From Myxococcota bacterium (GTDB lineage: Bacteria; Myxococcota_A; UBA9160; SZUA-336): DNA of 64,000 nt. Below the pieces are notes generated by a model. That model saw only the letters and a program-made list of their open reading frames with translations, ran no database searches and was not told the origin of the DNA. Location: the NCBI GenBank assembly GCA_965247115.1, contig CBDFGR010000003.1:1632001-1696000 (forward strand), read 5' to 3'. Shown here piece after piece: positions 47,846 through 58,023 of this stretch. The position numbers and the translations under genes were made by a program. Position 1 is the first letter of the stretch; each line of letters starts with the position of its first letter.

Positions 47846-49669
47846 GTGTCCAAGTCACGAATCGAGCTTCATGCGCGGGAGGTCACCGACTTCGCAACGC
47901 TGCGAGCCTTGCGCGGTGCGTTGGAGCGACAAGGCGAGCGGGCAGAGCTGACCACCGCCCCGGGGCTCCGCTCGGAACCTGACGGCGGGCCGGAGCCAGG
48001 CTGCGCGGTGGGTCCCCTCCCATGTTTGCTCCGGGTCATGGTGGCCGGTCCCCTCGCCCTGGGCGACCAGAACCCACCTCCCTGCGCGATCATCGTCGAT
48101 GAGATCGACCCGCCCTGGCGCGTGGTGCCCACCGAGCTGGCGACCGCGGACCTGATCTTCGTTCCCGGCCCCTTCACAGCCGAGCTGGCGCCCTTGCGCG
48201 AGCGCGGCGCGAACAAGGTCAGCGTGTGTGGGATCGCCCGACTCGACGAGCTGGTCGAGGATCCCACAGGTTCCAGGACGAAGGCGCGCGCCGAGCTGTA
48301 CCTGCCTCCCGAGGCCGAAGTCGTCCTCTACCTTCCCTCGAGCGACAGCCAAGGTGCATTCGCGAGCCTGGTGAGCGACGAGATCGCTCGGCTTCCCGCC
48401 TCGGGACTGACGGTGCTCGCTGTCTCGGATGACACTGCTGGAGTCGGAGGCATCAAGCTGCGGGAGCTGGCCGCCCACACGCCCGGCCTTGCGCTGCTCG
48501 AGCGTCTCGACCCGCGGCGCGCCCTCGCGGCCAGCGATGTGGTCGTATCCGATCGTGCGAGCGTGCTCTACGAGGCAGCGGCCCTCGGCAGGGGTACCGT
48601 GCTCCTCGAGGGTGCCGCCGACGGGACGCAGGCGGCGGGCATTCTCGATCCCAAGCTCGAGGTCGGACCACGCGTGCACAAACCCGAATCGCTGGCGGCC
48701 GCGGTGCGCTCCGCCCTCCCTGGCTCGTCGTGGTCACGCCAGTACTCTGACGCTCGCACCCGCTGTCGCACCGAGCTGCTCTGCACGGAAGGCTCGGCAG
48801 CGGACCGCATGGCCACCGCGCTCCGTGCGCACCTGGGGGAGATCGAGAGCCGTGTGCGTGAGGCAGAGCCTCGCTTCGCTCCGCTCCCGCGCCAGGAGGC
48901 GGGGCTCGAGCTCAATCCTGGCGAGTCGCTGCTGGAGGGCATCGAGGCCCAGGTGGCCTTCGGTGACGTAGAGGGGGCGCGGGAGCGGCTGATCGCCCTG
49001 CTCGAGCAGCAGCCGAGCCCCCTTGGGTATCGACGGCTCGCCTCGATACATCGGAAGGCCGGCGACACGAGCGCAGCCCTCGTTGCCCTCGCCTCGGCGG
49101 AGGAGATCTCGAAGCGCGAGACTGCCGAGCTGCTCTGTGAGCGCGGACGCGTCCTCGTCGACTCGAACCAGATCGGGGGTGCGCGACAGGCCTTTGAGGA
49201 GGCGCTGCGACTCGCGCCCGAGCTCGTCGATCCGCTGGTGGGTCTCGGCTCCCTGGCCGTGCACCAGGTCGACGCGCCGGCTGCGGAGGAGTATTTCCGG
49301 CGCGCCATCGCCGGAGAGAAGTCGCCTCGCACTATGACCGGGTTGGGCCTCGCGCTGCTACAGGCCGGACGGGCGCGCGAAGCTCTCCTCCATCTCGAAG
49401 AGGCGCTCGACATGCAAGCCGACTGCGTCTCTGCGGTCTATGGAGTGGTGCAGGCGGGCTTTCAAACCGGGGAGCTCGCACTTGCGGAGCGGCGCGTGCG
49501 CGCGTTCGTGGAGCTGCACAGCGGCAACCTCGATCTGATCTTCACGCTAGCAGGACTGCGTTTTCAGCTCGGCGATCGCGCAGGATCCCTCGAGATGATC
49601 GAACGCATCGAGCTGTTCGAGCCGCACTACCCCGGCCTCGAGGAGCTCAGGAGCAAGCTGCATTCCTAG
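47846..49669 (+). CDS. CDP-glycerol glycerophosphotransferase-like (GT-B) domain fused to TPR repeats
   Basis: GIARLDEL, VVLYLPS, ASDVVVSDRASVLYEAAALG; TPR helices in the C-terminal half; start uncertain. Confidence 0.6.
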   Translation: MSKSRIELHAREVTDFATLRALRGALERQGERAELTTAPGLRSEPDGGPEPGCAVGPLPCLLRVMVAGPLALGDQNPPPCAIIVDEIDPPWRVVPTELATADLIFVPGPFTAELAPLRERGANKVSVCGIARLDELVEDPTGSRTKARAELYLPPEAEVVLYLPSSDSQGAFASLVSDEIARLPASGLTVLAVSDDTAGVGGIKLRELAAHTPGLALLERLDPRRALAASDVVVSDRASVLYEAAALGRGTVLLEGAADGTQAAGILDPKLEVGPRVHKPESLAAAVRSALPGSSWSRQYSDARTRCRTELLCTEGSAADRMATALRAHLGEIESRVREAEPRFAPLPRQEAGLELNPGESLLEGIEAQVAFGDVEGARERLIALLEQQPSPLGYRRLASIHRKAGDTSAALVALASAEEISKRETAELLCERGRVLVDSNQIGGARQAFEEALRLAPELVDPLVGLGSLAVHQVDAPAAEEYFRRAIAGEKSPRTMTGLGLALLQAGRAREALLHLEEALDMQADCVSAVYGVVQAGFQTGELALAERRVRAFVELHSGNLDLIFTLAGLRFQLGDRAGSLEMIERIELFEPHYPGLEELRSKLHS

Positions 49670-49681
49670 TGTTCGCAGTCA

Positions 49682-49837
49682 GGCAAAGCCGAGGGCAGAG
49701 CGAGTGCCCATCAGCAGCCCGCGGGAGGACCGCTTGCGCGCCGCGACCCCCAACGCAAGCCGCGTAGCGGCGCGCAGTGAGGCGAAGCCGAACGTAGAGC
49801 GGGTGGCGCGCGACCGCTCGCGCGCCGGGACCCGCAA
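49682..49837. repeat. REP-like cluster of GNRA mini-hairpins with a 26-bp direct repeat
   Basis: 49728-49753 vs 49812-49837 match at 23 of 26 positions and flank ccgcgtagcgg and ggcgaagcc hairpins; ggcaaagcc at 49682. Confidence 0.5.
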
Positions 49838-49872
49838 GACACGTGGCGGGGCGGCTTGCCTATGATGGCGCT

Positions 49873-50232
49873 ATGGAGAGCGTGCGGGTTGATCGGTGGC
49901 TCTACGCGTCGCGGATTTTCAAGTCTCGGACGTTGGCTACGGCCGCATGCGCCGGCGGCCGGGTCAAGGTCAACCTGACCAACGCCAAGGCTCACCATCC
50001 GGTCGTGGTTGGAGACGAGATCAGGGCAGGGACGCCGGCTGCGAAGCGCATCCTGATCGTCGCGAAGCTTGCGGAGAAGCGGCTCAGCGCCCCGCTGGCG
50101 CGCGAGCTGTACGAGGATCGCTCGCCAGCTCCGCTCGACACCCGACTGGGCTCGGTGCAGCGCGACCGCGGCGCAGGTCGGCCGACAAAGCGCGACAAGC
50201 GGGCGCTGCAGAGGCTGAAACGCGGCGATTAG
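49873..50232 (+). CDS. hslR: Ribosome-associated heat shock protein Hsp15 (S4 domain)
   Basis: RVDRWLYASRIFKSRTLA, ARELYED, GRPTKRDKR. Confidence 0.9.
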   Translation: MESVRVDRWLYASRIFKSRTLATAACAGGRVKVNLTNAKAHHPVVVGDEIRAGTPAAKRILIVAKLAEKRLSAPLARELYEDRSPAPLDTRLGSVQRDRGAGRPTKRDKRALQRLKRGD

Positions 50233-50263
50233 CTGCTAGCGCGCAGCGTCAGCGGCGCGCGCC

Positions 50264-50521
50264 TCAGGCAGCTCGGTCCTCCAGGTACCTCACGATATCG
50301 GCGGACTCGTGCATCCAGACGCTGTCGCCGGAGTCAGGGTCGATGCGCAGACACGGAACGGTGGCGCGGCCCGTGGCCTCGATGAGTGCGTAGAAGTGAG
50401 TGGGGTCGGTCTGGATGTCGCGGAGATCCACGGTGACTCCCAGTCGCGCGACGGCGAGGCGAACGAGCTCGCAGAAGGGACAGCTATCGAAGTGGTAGAG
50501 GGAGAGCGTCGCGGCGTCCAT
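50264..50521 (-). CDS. Glutaredoxin-like protein
   Basis: CPFC, TVPCLRI, ESADIVRYL. Confidence 0.88.
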   Translation of the reverse strand: MDAATLSLYHFDSCPFCELVRLAVARLGVTVDLRDIQTDPTHFYALIEATGRATVPCLRIDPDSGDSVWMHESADIVRYLEDRAA

Positions 50522-50605
50522 GTCGTTTCCTGGTTTCTCCCGGCCTCAGATGTGTTCGCGCAACGGTCGTTTTGCGAGTCGTCTGTTAAACTCACGGGGA
50601 ACCGC

Positions 50606-53600
50606 ATGCGTTTCCCCACCGAGCTGATTGCGCTCTTGATAGTAGCTTGCGGGCCTCACCAGAGTCCCGTCGCGCACCAGCTCCCTGACGACTGGCAACG
50701 CGGAGCCGGTCGACAGCATCGGATCCTCGAGGTTCGAGAGGGTCGCGATCTCCTCATCGAGACGCGGGAGGGCCCACTGCGTGTGGACTGGGCCGTGGGG
50801 GTGCAGGGCGAGACCGAGCCGCTCCGGGATCTCGATCGCATGCTCGCGCACGTCGGCGATTCGGAGCTAGAGCTGGACGGGCTTACGCTGTACCGGACCG
50901 CGCTCGCCGGGTCCTACCTCTACTCGCGAGAGCTGGTCGTGTTGCCTGAGGGTGTGCTCGTTGCGTCGGACCCCAAGATGCTGCGAGAGCGTGCCAGCGA
51001 GCGGCACGAGCGTGCACGGGCTGCCCTCAAAGCTGCGATGGAGCGCTTCTCTGCATCTCTGGAACGGAGGGAGAGCGATCACTCGAGCCGCGCCGCGCTG
51101 GTCGAGGTCCTGCTTCAGCTCGATCAGAAGGACGACAACAGTGCGAGCTTCGACGTCCTGCCGCCGAGCTTTGCGCGGCGGCTGGTGCGACACGGCTGGC
51201 TCGAGCAGCTAGAAGCGGATGAGACAGCGCGCGTCGCGCTGGAGGTGGCAGTACTGGAGTCGGAGGCCCTCGTTCCACTGACCCAGTACGCCTCGGCCAG
51301 CTCCCGTCTGGTGTACTCGGAAGATGCGTTTGGAAGCGGAGCCTGGTTGCTCTCGACACCGGAGCGCTCGGGCTACTCGAGGCTTGCAACGCGCCCCGCC
51401 TACTATCCCGACGCGCCAAGCGTGATCTCCGTGGTGCACCTGCCTCCCGGCACCGACCCGGCCGTGGGTTCCGACGCCTGGCTCGGGGCAGACCTGTATC
51501 GCGGCGACGTGCGCCTGGCGGCCTGGGATCGCGAGCAGGGCTTCCAGGCGAACGTGCCCGCGTGGAAGAAGGCGTTCGAGGACGCCGCGGCGGAGCAGGA
51601 GTTTGCGCTCACCCAGGGCCTGCCTCCGCACCTTCTCGTCACGGGACTCGACGGCGATGTCCTCTCGCTGATCACCGCGCATGGACGCCTGGAGCCGGCT
51701 CGGGACGGTAGCGCCGAGCGTGCTGAACGCTTTTTCGCGCAAGCGGCAGTCGCCCTGCCGGACGCAGCACATCTCGATCTGATCGGCGAGTACCTGCTGG
51801 TCTACGTATACGACAGCCCGGACACGCGCCGGCCCTGGCTGGTCGGTACGTTGCAGTGGAGTGGGGACGTTCATCAGACCGCGCTCGAGACGCTCGCTAC
51901 ACACACCGGTGGCATGTACCGCGGAGATTGTGACGATCTCTCCGAGCTCTACCAGGAGATCGCGGTCCGGCAAGGCAAGAACTCCCACCTGATCGGGCTA
52001 CCCGCGCACGCTGCCCTGGCATGGTCCGAGCGCGACGACGAGGAGATCTGGCACACCTACCTGCTCCAGACCGGACCTCCGCTCGAGTTCGACGGAGCTA
52101 CGCTCGATGCGAGCCTGGACCGGCTGTACACGCTCTTTGGCTCGGGAGAGGTGCTCGATCACACCCGACTCGAAATCCTGCTGCGCTTCTCCGGCGAGAA
52201 CACGCGCTCCAGCTGGTTTCTGAGCTCGCGAATTTTCTCCGACCCGGACTACGCGCAGACGATGATCGACGTTCAGCGTGATTGGCACTTTCAGACCTAC
52301 CACCGCGCGATCAAGAAGATGAAGCTGCTGATCGAGTCGGGCGACCGCGACCCGGCAAACCTTGCAGAGCTCGGAAGTCTCTACCGCTACACAGGCCAGT
52401 ACGATGAGTCGGCGGATACCCTTCTGCGCGCGCTGGAGCTGCTCGTGTCCGAGGAGAGTCGACTCACGTTGAGTCTCGACCGGTTGGAGGTGTTCTACGC
52501 GGCCGATCGCGACGAGGAGGCGCGAGCGCTCGCACGTGAGATCCTCGATGTGCGCCTACCCGAGCTCGAAGGGCTCGGGCAGGGGCCATTGCTCGATCCG
52601 CTGCTAGGTCTCGTCGACGTCCTGCTGGTCGATGCGAACGACATCGAGCTCGGTCTGGAAGTACTCGCGCGTCGGATTGCGCCAAGAGTCGGAGACGCGA
52701 TGCGGGTCCTCATGGATCGGATCGCGAGCGAGGACTTCGACCCGAAGTACTGGCGAGATGGGGGTGACGAGCAGCTGCGCCACCAGCTGCGTCGCTACGC
52801 AGGAAGCTCCATTGCGGTGCTGCGCGCGACCAAGGGAACGCCCCTTTTCGAGGGGGCGGACTGGACGCGTGTGAGCGAGGCTGTCGGGCTCTGGTTCGAG
52901 AGAATCGCGTTCCACGACGTGGAAGGTCCGGAGACCGTTCTTGGACGGTACTCGCTGCTCGCGCGCTACTACGAGGCGCGTCACGGCATCGCGTCGTTGC
53001 GGGAGCGGGTGGCGGCAGCGCCGCTTCCGGAGTCGGGAGTGCGAGCGCACATGGATCGATCATCCGCGTCCCTGGATGACGATCTCTCCTGGGCGTCCAT
53101 CTCCCCGTCGTACTGGGCCGGCGCACAGCGCGATCTCTTCGGGCCGGATCGCAGCAGCGTCGATGGGAAGCACGTGGCCGCGCTGGCGGAGCGCGTCGCG
53201 CGCGCTCGCGACGAGGCCAGGGCGGTCGGACTGGACCATCCGAGCTTCGAGGGGCGCGTTCGGACGACGGCGCTGGTCGCGGCGATCTTCGCTGAGGACC
53301 CCGCGAGTCTCCGCACCTTGCTGCGCGGGATCAAGGTCACGAACGATCGCCAGCAGCTGTGGGAGACGGCTAGCTGGCTCGCGGCCGTCGCTCGTTTCCT
53401 GTCACTCGAGCAGTACGCGGAGGTGCTCGAGATCTGGCGCGCCGAGCTCAACTACAAACCGATGTACTTCTGGATCGCCTGGAACGCGGCTCTAGAGGGC
53501 GCCGCGGCGCACGCGCTACTCGTGGCCGAGCTCGCAGCCACCGAGTTCGACGAGGACGCTGCCTTCGTCGAGGAGTACGAGTTCATGCGCAGCCTGCACA

Positions 53601-53725
53601 GCGCTGAGCCCCACACCGGCCCCACGCTGAGCTCGACCTGTTCTCAGCTTGGGCTGACCGGAAGAGGGTTGGCGTCGGTCCACGGCGCCGAAGCTTCGGG
53701 CAGGCTCGGAACCATCTGCCGGTAG
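50606..53725 (+). CDS. Large hypothetical lipoprotein with a transglutaminase-like motif and TPR region
   Basis: Lipobox-like LIVAC; GDCDDLS...PAHAALAW; TPR-like ELGSLYRYTGQYDES. Confidence 0.6.
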   Translation: MRFPTELIALLIVACGPHQSPVAHQLPDDWQRGAGRQHRILEVREGRDLLIETREGPLRVDWAVGVQGETEPLRDLDRMLAHVGDSELELDGLTLYRTALAGSYLYSRELVVLPEGVLVASDPKMLRERASERHERARAALKAAMERFSASLERRESDHSSRAALVEVLLQLDQKDDNSASFDVLPPSFARRLVRHGWLEQLEADETARVALEVAVLESEALVPLTQYASASSRLVYSEDAFGSGAWLLSTPERSGYSRLATRPAYYPDAPSVISVVHLPPGTDPAVGSDAWLGADLYRGDVRLAAWDREQGFQANVPAWKKAFEDAAAEQEFALTQGLPPHLLVTGLDGDVLSLITAHGRLEPARDGSAERAERFFAQAAVALPDAAHLDLIGEYLLVYVYDSPDTRRPWLVGTLQWSGDVHQTALETLATHTGGMYRGDCDDLSELYQEIAVRQGKNSHLIGLPAHAALAWSERDDEEIWHTYLLQTGPPLEFDGATLDASLDRLYTLFGSGEVLDHTRLEILLRFSGENTRSSWFLSSRIFSDPDYAQTMIDVQRDWHFQTYHRAIKKMKLLIESGDRDPANLAELGSLYRYTGQYDESADTLLRALELLVSEESRLTLSLDRLEVFYAADRDEEARALAREILDVRLPELEGLGQGPLLDPLLGLVDVLLVDANDIELGLEVLARRIAPRVGDAMRVLMDRIASEDFDPKYWRDGGDEQLRHQLRRYAGSSIAVLRATKGTPLFEGADWTRVSEAVGLWFERIAFHDVEGPETVLGRYSLLARYYEARHGIASLRERVAAAPLPESGVRAHMDRSSASLDDDLSWASISPSYWAGAQRDLFGPDRSSVDGKHVAALAERVARARDEARAVGLDHPSFEGRVRTTALVAAIFAEDPASLRTLLRGIKVTNDRQQLWETASWLAAVARFLSLEQYAEVLEIWRAELNYKPMYFWIAWNAALEGAAAHALLVAELAATEFDEDAAFVEEYEFMRSLHSAEPHTGPTLSSTCSQLGLTGRGLASVHGAEASGRLGTICR

Positions 53726-54404
53726 CCCGAAGCCCACATCAGGAAGAACATGTTCATGCTGACCACTACACCGACGAGCAGCGCGAACAGACCCAGCATG
53801 CCGACCAGCGACGAGACCACGAATAGCCCCGCGGTGCGCAGCTTCTGTCGCTTGGTTGCCTCCCACGAGGCCTCCAGGGCCTCGACGGGTCCCATTCCCT
53901 GATCCACGATGAAGAACGGTCCGAAGTAGAGCCGAGACACGACCGCGACCGTCCAGAGCAGGTTCACGATCACGCCCAGCCCGACTAGCTCAAGGGAGCC
54001 GATCAGTGAGCCTGTGATCTGGACGCTCTGTCCGATAAAGCCGATCAGTGCGGTGGCCGCGTACCAGCCGACCATCGAGAGCAGCGCGGACCCGAAAGTC
54101 GAGAAACCCCTGAAGAGGTCGCCGAAGCGCTCCTGACCATCGACCACGTTGAGATAGAAGAGTGCGTCGTTCCCCAGACGAGCACCGGCACTACAAAGAG
54201 GAGTGGTACGACGAGGAGCGCCGATGCCAACACAAGCAGGCTGCCGACGAACCCGATCGCCAGCCAGGTGGGGAAGCTGGCCCAGGTCAGGCTCCACGCG
54301 TCGGACAGACACTCGCCGATGTCGAACTCGCCGAGCTCTCCGAGACCTCGCTGCGAATGGTCGGCGAGTCGTGCCTTTGGTGGCTCGTAGGGGTTCTGTG
54401 TCAT
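53644..54404 (-). pseudogene. Integral membrane protein (NPY-PP N terminus, DUF975-like), frameshifted near 54165
   Basis: MTQNPYEPP... in one frame; LFYLNVVDGQERFGDLFRGF...IVDQGMGPVEALEASWEAT in another; may be a sequencing error. Confidence 0.65.
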
Positions 54405-54573
54405 CGCTTGCGGAGCCCAGGCGCACGTGGCGTCGCCTGACCCATCACTCGGTCTGCACGCCTTCCAACTTGAGGCGCAGTCCGAGGATTCTAGACGACT
54501 CGACCGTCGTCGCCGACAGCGGAGCGGGGCTACCCGTTGACCCGGGACCTCCGGCGGTGGATCCTTGCACGTG

Positions 54574-55275
54574 ATGGGCGCCAGCAGAGAGAGCTTGTTC
54601 GAGCTCGGAACGTGCGAAGAGGCCGTCGTGGAGCTGGAGCAGCTGAAGGCCCGCTTGCCCCATCAGATCGCGGAAGCGGAGGCCAAGGCCCAGGCCGCGA
54701 GGGATGCTGTGGCCGCCGCACACGAGCAGCTCGCGGAGTTCGAGAAGGCCCAACGTGCCCGCGAGGGCGAACTCCAGGAGGCAGAATCCCAGCGCACGAA
54801 GTTCCAGGGGCAGACCGCTCTGGTCAAGACGAACGAGGAGTACACGGCCCTTTTGCGGGAGATCGAGCTCACGGACGAGCGGGTCTCCCAGCTCGAGGAA
54901 GGGATCCTGCTGGGGATGGAAGCGATCGACGGAGCCAGGGGCCGTGTCGAGAGCGTCGGGAAGGAGCAAGAGCTCCTCGAACGGGGCCACCTTGCCGACG
55001 CCGACGGGTTGCGCAGGCAACTCGCTCTGGTGGAGAAGAGTCTTGCCGCGCGCGTCACCGAGCGAGCCGAGCGTCTGGCCGATCTGGGTCCCGAGGTCGA
55101 ATCCCTCTACCGGAGGGTCGCGAAGGCTCACGGCAGTGGCGTGGCCACCGTCAGGGACGATCGCTGCAGTGGCTGTCATCGAGCGATCCCACCCCAGATG
55201 GTGAACCTGATGCTCTCCGGCGAGCTCCACACGTGCTCGAACTGCCAACGCATCCTGGTTCCCGGCGAGGTCTGA
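54574..55275 (+). CDS. Coiled-coil C4-type zinc-ribbon protein (DUF164/HP0958-like)
   Basis: VKTNEEYTALLREIE, CSGCH...CSNCQRIL. Confidence 0.88.
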   Translation: MGASRESLFELGTCEEAVVELEQLKARLPHQIAEAEAKAQAARDAVAAAHEQLAEFEKAQRAREGELQEAESQRTKFQGQTALVKTNEEYTALLREIELTDERVSQLEEGILLGMEAIDGARGRVESVGKEQELLERGHLADADGLRRQLALVEKSLAARVTERAERLADLGPEVESLYRRVAKAHGSGVATVRDDRCSGCHRAIPPQMVNLMLSGELHTCSNCQRILVPGEV

Positions 55276-55510
55276 CTGCGAGACCCGGCGTGTGAGCTCT
55301 CTGGAGAGCTCGGAACGCGCCCGCGTCAGCGGTGAAGTTGCGTGTTGCTGGACCCTCTACCGACGCTGCGCGCAGCTGCGATACGGCTCCGAAAACTTGG
55401 ATTTCATTCGTTAATTCGGATGTTTACGAGAGTTGCTCGTCGGTGGTGCGCGCTGCAGTCGGGGGTGCTGGTTTGCTAGAATCGGCACCCGATGGGGGCG
55501 GAAGGAAGGG

Positions 55511-56575
55511 ATGGTCGATCCAGAACGGTACTGGGACTGCATGGATCAAGCATTCGAGTGCTCCTCTTCGGGCAGGTTCGAGGAAGCGCTGCGCTGGCTC
55601 GATGAGGCGCTCCGCGCGAACCCCGTAGGAGCTGAGGCACACAACGGGCGCGGCGAGATCCTATGGGACCACGTCGACCGCTCTCCTCAACAGCGGCAGA
55701 AGCAGCGCGACAATGCCCTGGGGGATTTCGCCCGCGCAGCCGAGGTCGATCCGGAGTACTTCCCCGCCCACCTGAATCGCATAGAGATCCTGGTCGAGGA
55801 ATTCCAGCAGTTCGAGAATGCTCTGGAGCTCGCAGACAGCCTGCTGAGCCGATCGCTCGATTCCGGTACCGAGGCGGAGGTCTACTACCTCAAGGCCAAG
55901 GCGCTCTTTTACCTGGACGACCTCGAGGGGGCGCTCTTCCTGCTGCGGCGAGCCATCAAGGCCCACGCCGAGGTGGGCATCTACCGCGGCTTCGAGGGCC
56001 AGATCCTGTTCGAGCTCGGGCAGTTCGGTGCTAGCCGGCGCAGCCTCGAGCGCGCGCTCGGGCTGGAGCCCGAGTGCGCCCACAGCATCTATCACATGGC
56101 ACTGGTCTCGGAGCACCTGGGGCTTCGTGAGGAGTCTGAACGGCTCTTTGCTGAGGCTGCTAACCTAGTCCCGGAGATGTACCCCTTGCCTGTGCGCATG
56201 GACGCGGAGGATTTCGAGACGGCAGCGGCCGCTGCCTTGGAGAAGCTGCCCGCGGAGATCCGCACGTACACGGCGAACTGCCCGCTGATTATCGAGGATC
56301 TGCCGGATGCGAGCCTCATCCGCGAGCACAACTTGTCGCCGCAGATCCTGGGCCTCTTCCTTGGCGTTCCGATCACGGCGAGCGGCTCGAACCCCCTTCA
56401 GGCGACCGCGCTCGAGCTGGACGTCGACCGCATCCTGCTCTTCAAGCGGAATCTGGAAAAGGTCTCCGGCACCCGCGAGGAGCTCGTCGAGCAGATCGAG
56501 ATCACCGTGAAGCACGAGATCGGGCACTGTCTGGGTCTGGACGAGGACGAGATCGAGCGGCTCGGCCTTGGCTGA
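55511..56575 (+). CDS. TPR repeat protein with a C-terminal minimal zincin (Zincin_1)
   Basis: TPR helices; ILGLFLG, RILLFKRNL, TVKHEIGHCLGLDE. Confidence 0.85.
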   Translation: MVDPERYWDCMDQAFECSSSGRFEEALRWLDEALRANPVGAEAHNGRGEILWDHVDRSPQQRQKQRDNALGDFARAAEVDPEYFPAHLNRIEILVEEFQQFENALELADSLLSRSLDSGTEAEVYYLKAKALFYLDDLEGALFLLRRAIKAHAEVGIYRGFEGQILFELGQFGASRRSLERALGLEPECAHSIYHMALVSEHLGLREESERLFAEAANLVPEMYPLPVRMDAEDFETAAAAALEKLPAEIRTYTANCPLIIEDLPDASLIREHNLSPQILGLFLGVPITASGSNPLQATALELDVDRILLFKRNLEKVSGTREELVEQIEITVKHEIGHCLGLDEDEIERLGLG

Positions 56576-58022
56576 GTCGGGGACTCGAAGCAGACAGCTG
56601 ATCCGCCGCTTGCGCCGGATATCCGGTGTGGCGGAGGTCCTGGACCAGCCGGTCGAGCTGTTCCCCTATGAATCGGATGGGCTCAGCCTTCTTCAGGGGC
56701 GGGCTGTGGCCGTGGTCTTTCCCCTGACGGCCCCCGCGGTGCGCGAGATCGTCCGTGTGTGCAACGACGCGGGAACGAGCTACGTGGCTCGGGGCGCAGG
56801 CACCGGCCTCTCGGGGGGCGCGACCCCTGTCGACGGCTGCGTCTTGATCGAGTGCTCGCGCATGAATCGGTTGCTCGACGTGGACATGGTGAATCGGACC
56901 GCGACGGTTCAGCCCGGTGTGATCAACGCCGCGCTCTCCGAAGCCGTGGCTCCGCTCGGACTCCACTACGCTCCGGATCCCTCGAGCCAGACGGCATGCA
57001 CGATTGGCGGCAACATCGCGGAGAACAGCGGTGGCCCCCATACCCTGAAGTACGGTACGACCAGCCCGCACGTGCTCGAGATCGAGGTGGTGCTCCCGGA
57101 CGCCAGTCTGGTCAAGCTGGGTCGGCGTGACGGCCACAGCGCGGGCTACGACCTGCGCGGACTCTTCGTGGGATCCGAGGGGACGCTCGGGATCGTGACC
57201 TCCGCGACCGTTCGCCTCGTGCCAAATCCGGAGACCGTGTGCACGCTCCTCGCGGCGTTCTCTTCGCTCGTCGGTGCGTGCGAGGCTGTCGCGGGGATCG
57301 TAGCCAGCGGGATTGTGCCCGCCGCGCTCGAGCTGCTCGACGACCGGACGATCGAAGCCGTCGAGGCATCCGTCTTTGCCGCGGGCTACCCCCGCGATGC
57401 CCGTGCCGTGCTGCTCGTCGAGCTCGACGGTGCTGCCTGCTCGGTCGCCGAGGAGCGCGAGCAGGTCGAACGGGTCTGCAGGGAGCAGCAGACCATCGAG
57501 CTTCGCGTCGCTAAGGATGAGGCCGAGCGGCTCGCGTTCTGGCGCGGTCGCAAGGGAGCCTTTGGGGCAATGGGCCGGCTCGCGCCGGATCTGTACGTGC
57601 ACGACGCGGTTGTGCCGCGGACGCGGCTGCCTGAGGTGGTGGCACAGATCAACGAGGCCGCAGCGAAGCGAGACATTACGCTGGCCAACATCCTGCACGC
57701 GGGCGATGGCAACCTGCACCCGAACATCTCCTTCGACCGGCGTGCTGAGGGGGAGATGCAGCGGGTGCGGGAGATGGGGGTGGAGATCCTGCACATCTGC
57801 CTGGCAGCCGGCGGCGTGCTCTCGGGCGAGCACGGCATTGGCCTCGAGAAGCGCGACTACATGCGACTGCTCTTCCGCGAGTGCGACCTCGAGCCCATGC
57901 GCTGGGTGCACGACGCGTTCGATCCACTGGATCGTTGCAATCCGGGCAAGCTCATTCCGACGCCGCGTGCTTGCACGGAGAGCAACCCGCGACACCGAGG
58001 CTACGCGCAAGTAGAGTTCTGA
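56568..58022 (+). CDS. glcD: Glycolate oxidase subunit GlcD
   Basis: RGAGTGLSGGA, YAPDPSSQ, GSEGTLG, HAGDGNLHP, GEHGIGLEK. Confidence 0.9.
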   Translation: MAESGTRSRQLIRRLRRISGVAEVLDQPVELFPYESDGLSLLQGRAVAVVFPLTAPAVREIVRVCNDAGTSYVARGAGTGLSGGATPVDGCVLIECSRMNRLLDVDMVNRTATVQPGVINAALSEAVAPLGLHYAPDPSSQTACTIGGNIAENSGGPHTLKYGTTSPHVLEIEVVLPDASLVKLGRRDGHSAGYDLRGLFVGSEGTLGIVTSATVRLVPNPETVCTLLAAFSSLVGACEAVAGIVASGIVPAALELLDDRTIEAVEASVFAAGYPRDARAVLLVELDGAACSVAEEREQVERVCREQQTIELRVAKDEAERLAFWRGRKGAFGAMGRLAPDLYVHDAVVPRTRLPEVVAQINEAAAKRDITLANILHAGDGNLHPNISFDRRAEGEMQRVREMGVEILHICLAAGGVLSGEHGIGLEKRDYMRLLFRECDLEPMRWVHDAFDPLDRCNPGKLIPTPRACTESNPRHRGYAQVEF

Positions 58023-58023
58023 C

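Noticed and set aside
50309..50605. N-terminal extension of the 1138-aa ORF
   Set aside because: It is antisense to the glutaredoxin gene; a signal peptide begins at ATG 50606.
55276..55510. rnpB or another ncRNA after the zinc-ribbon gene
   Set aside because: Too short and lacks the RNase P GAGGAAAGTCC signature.
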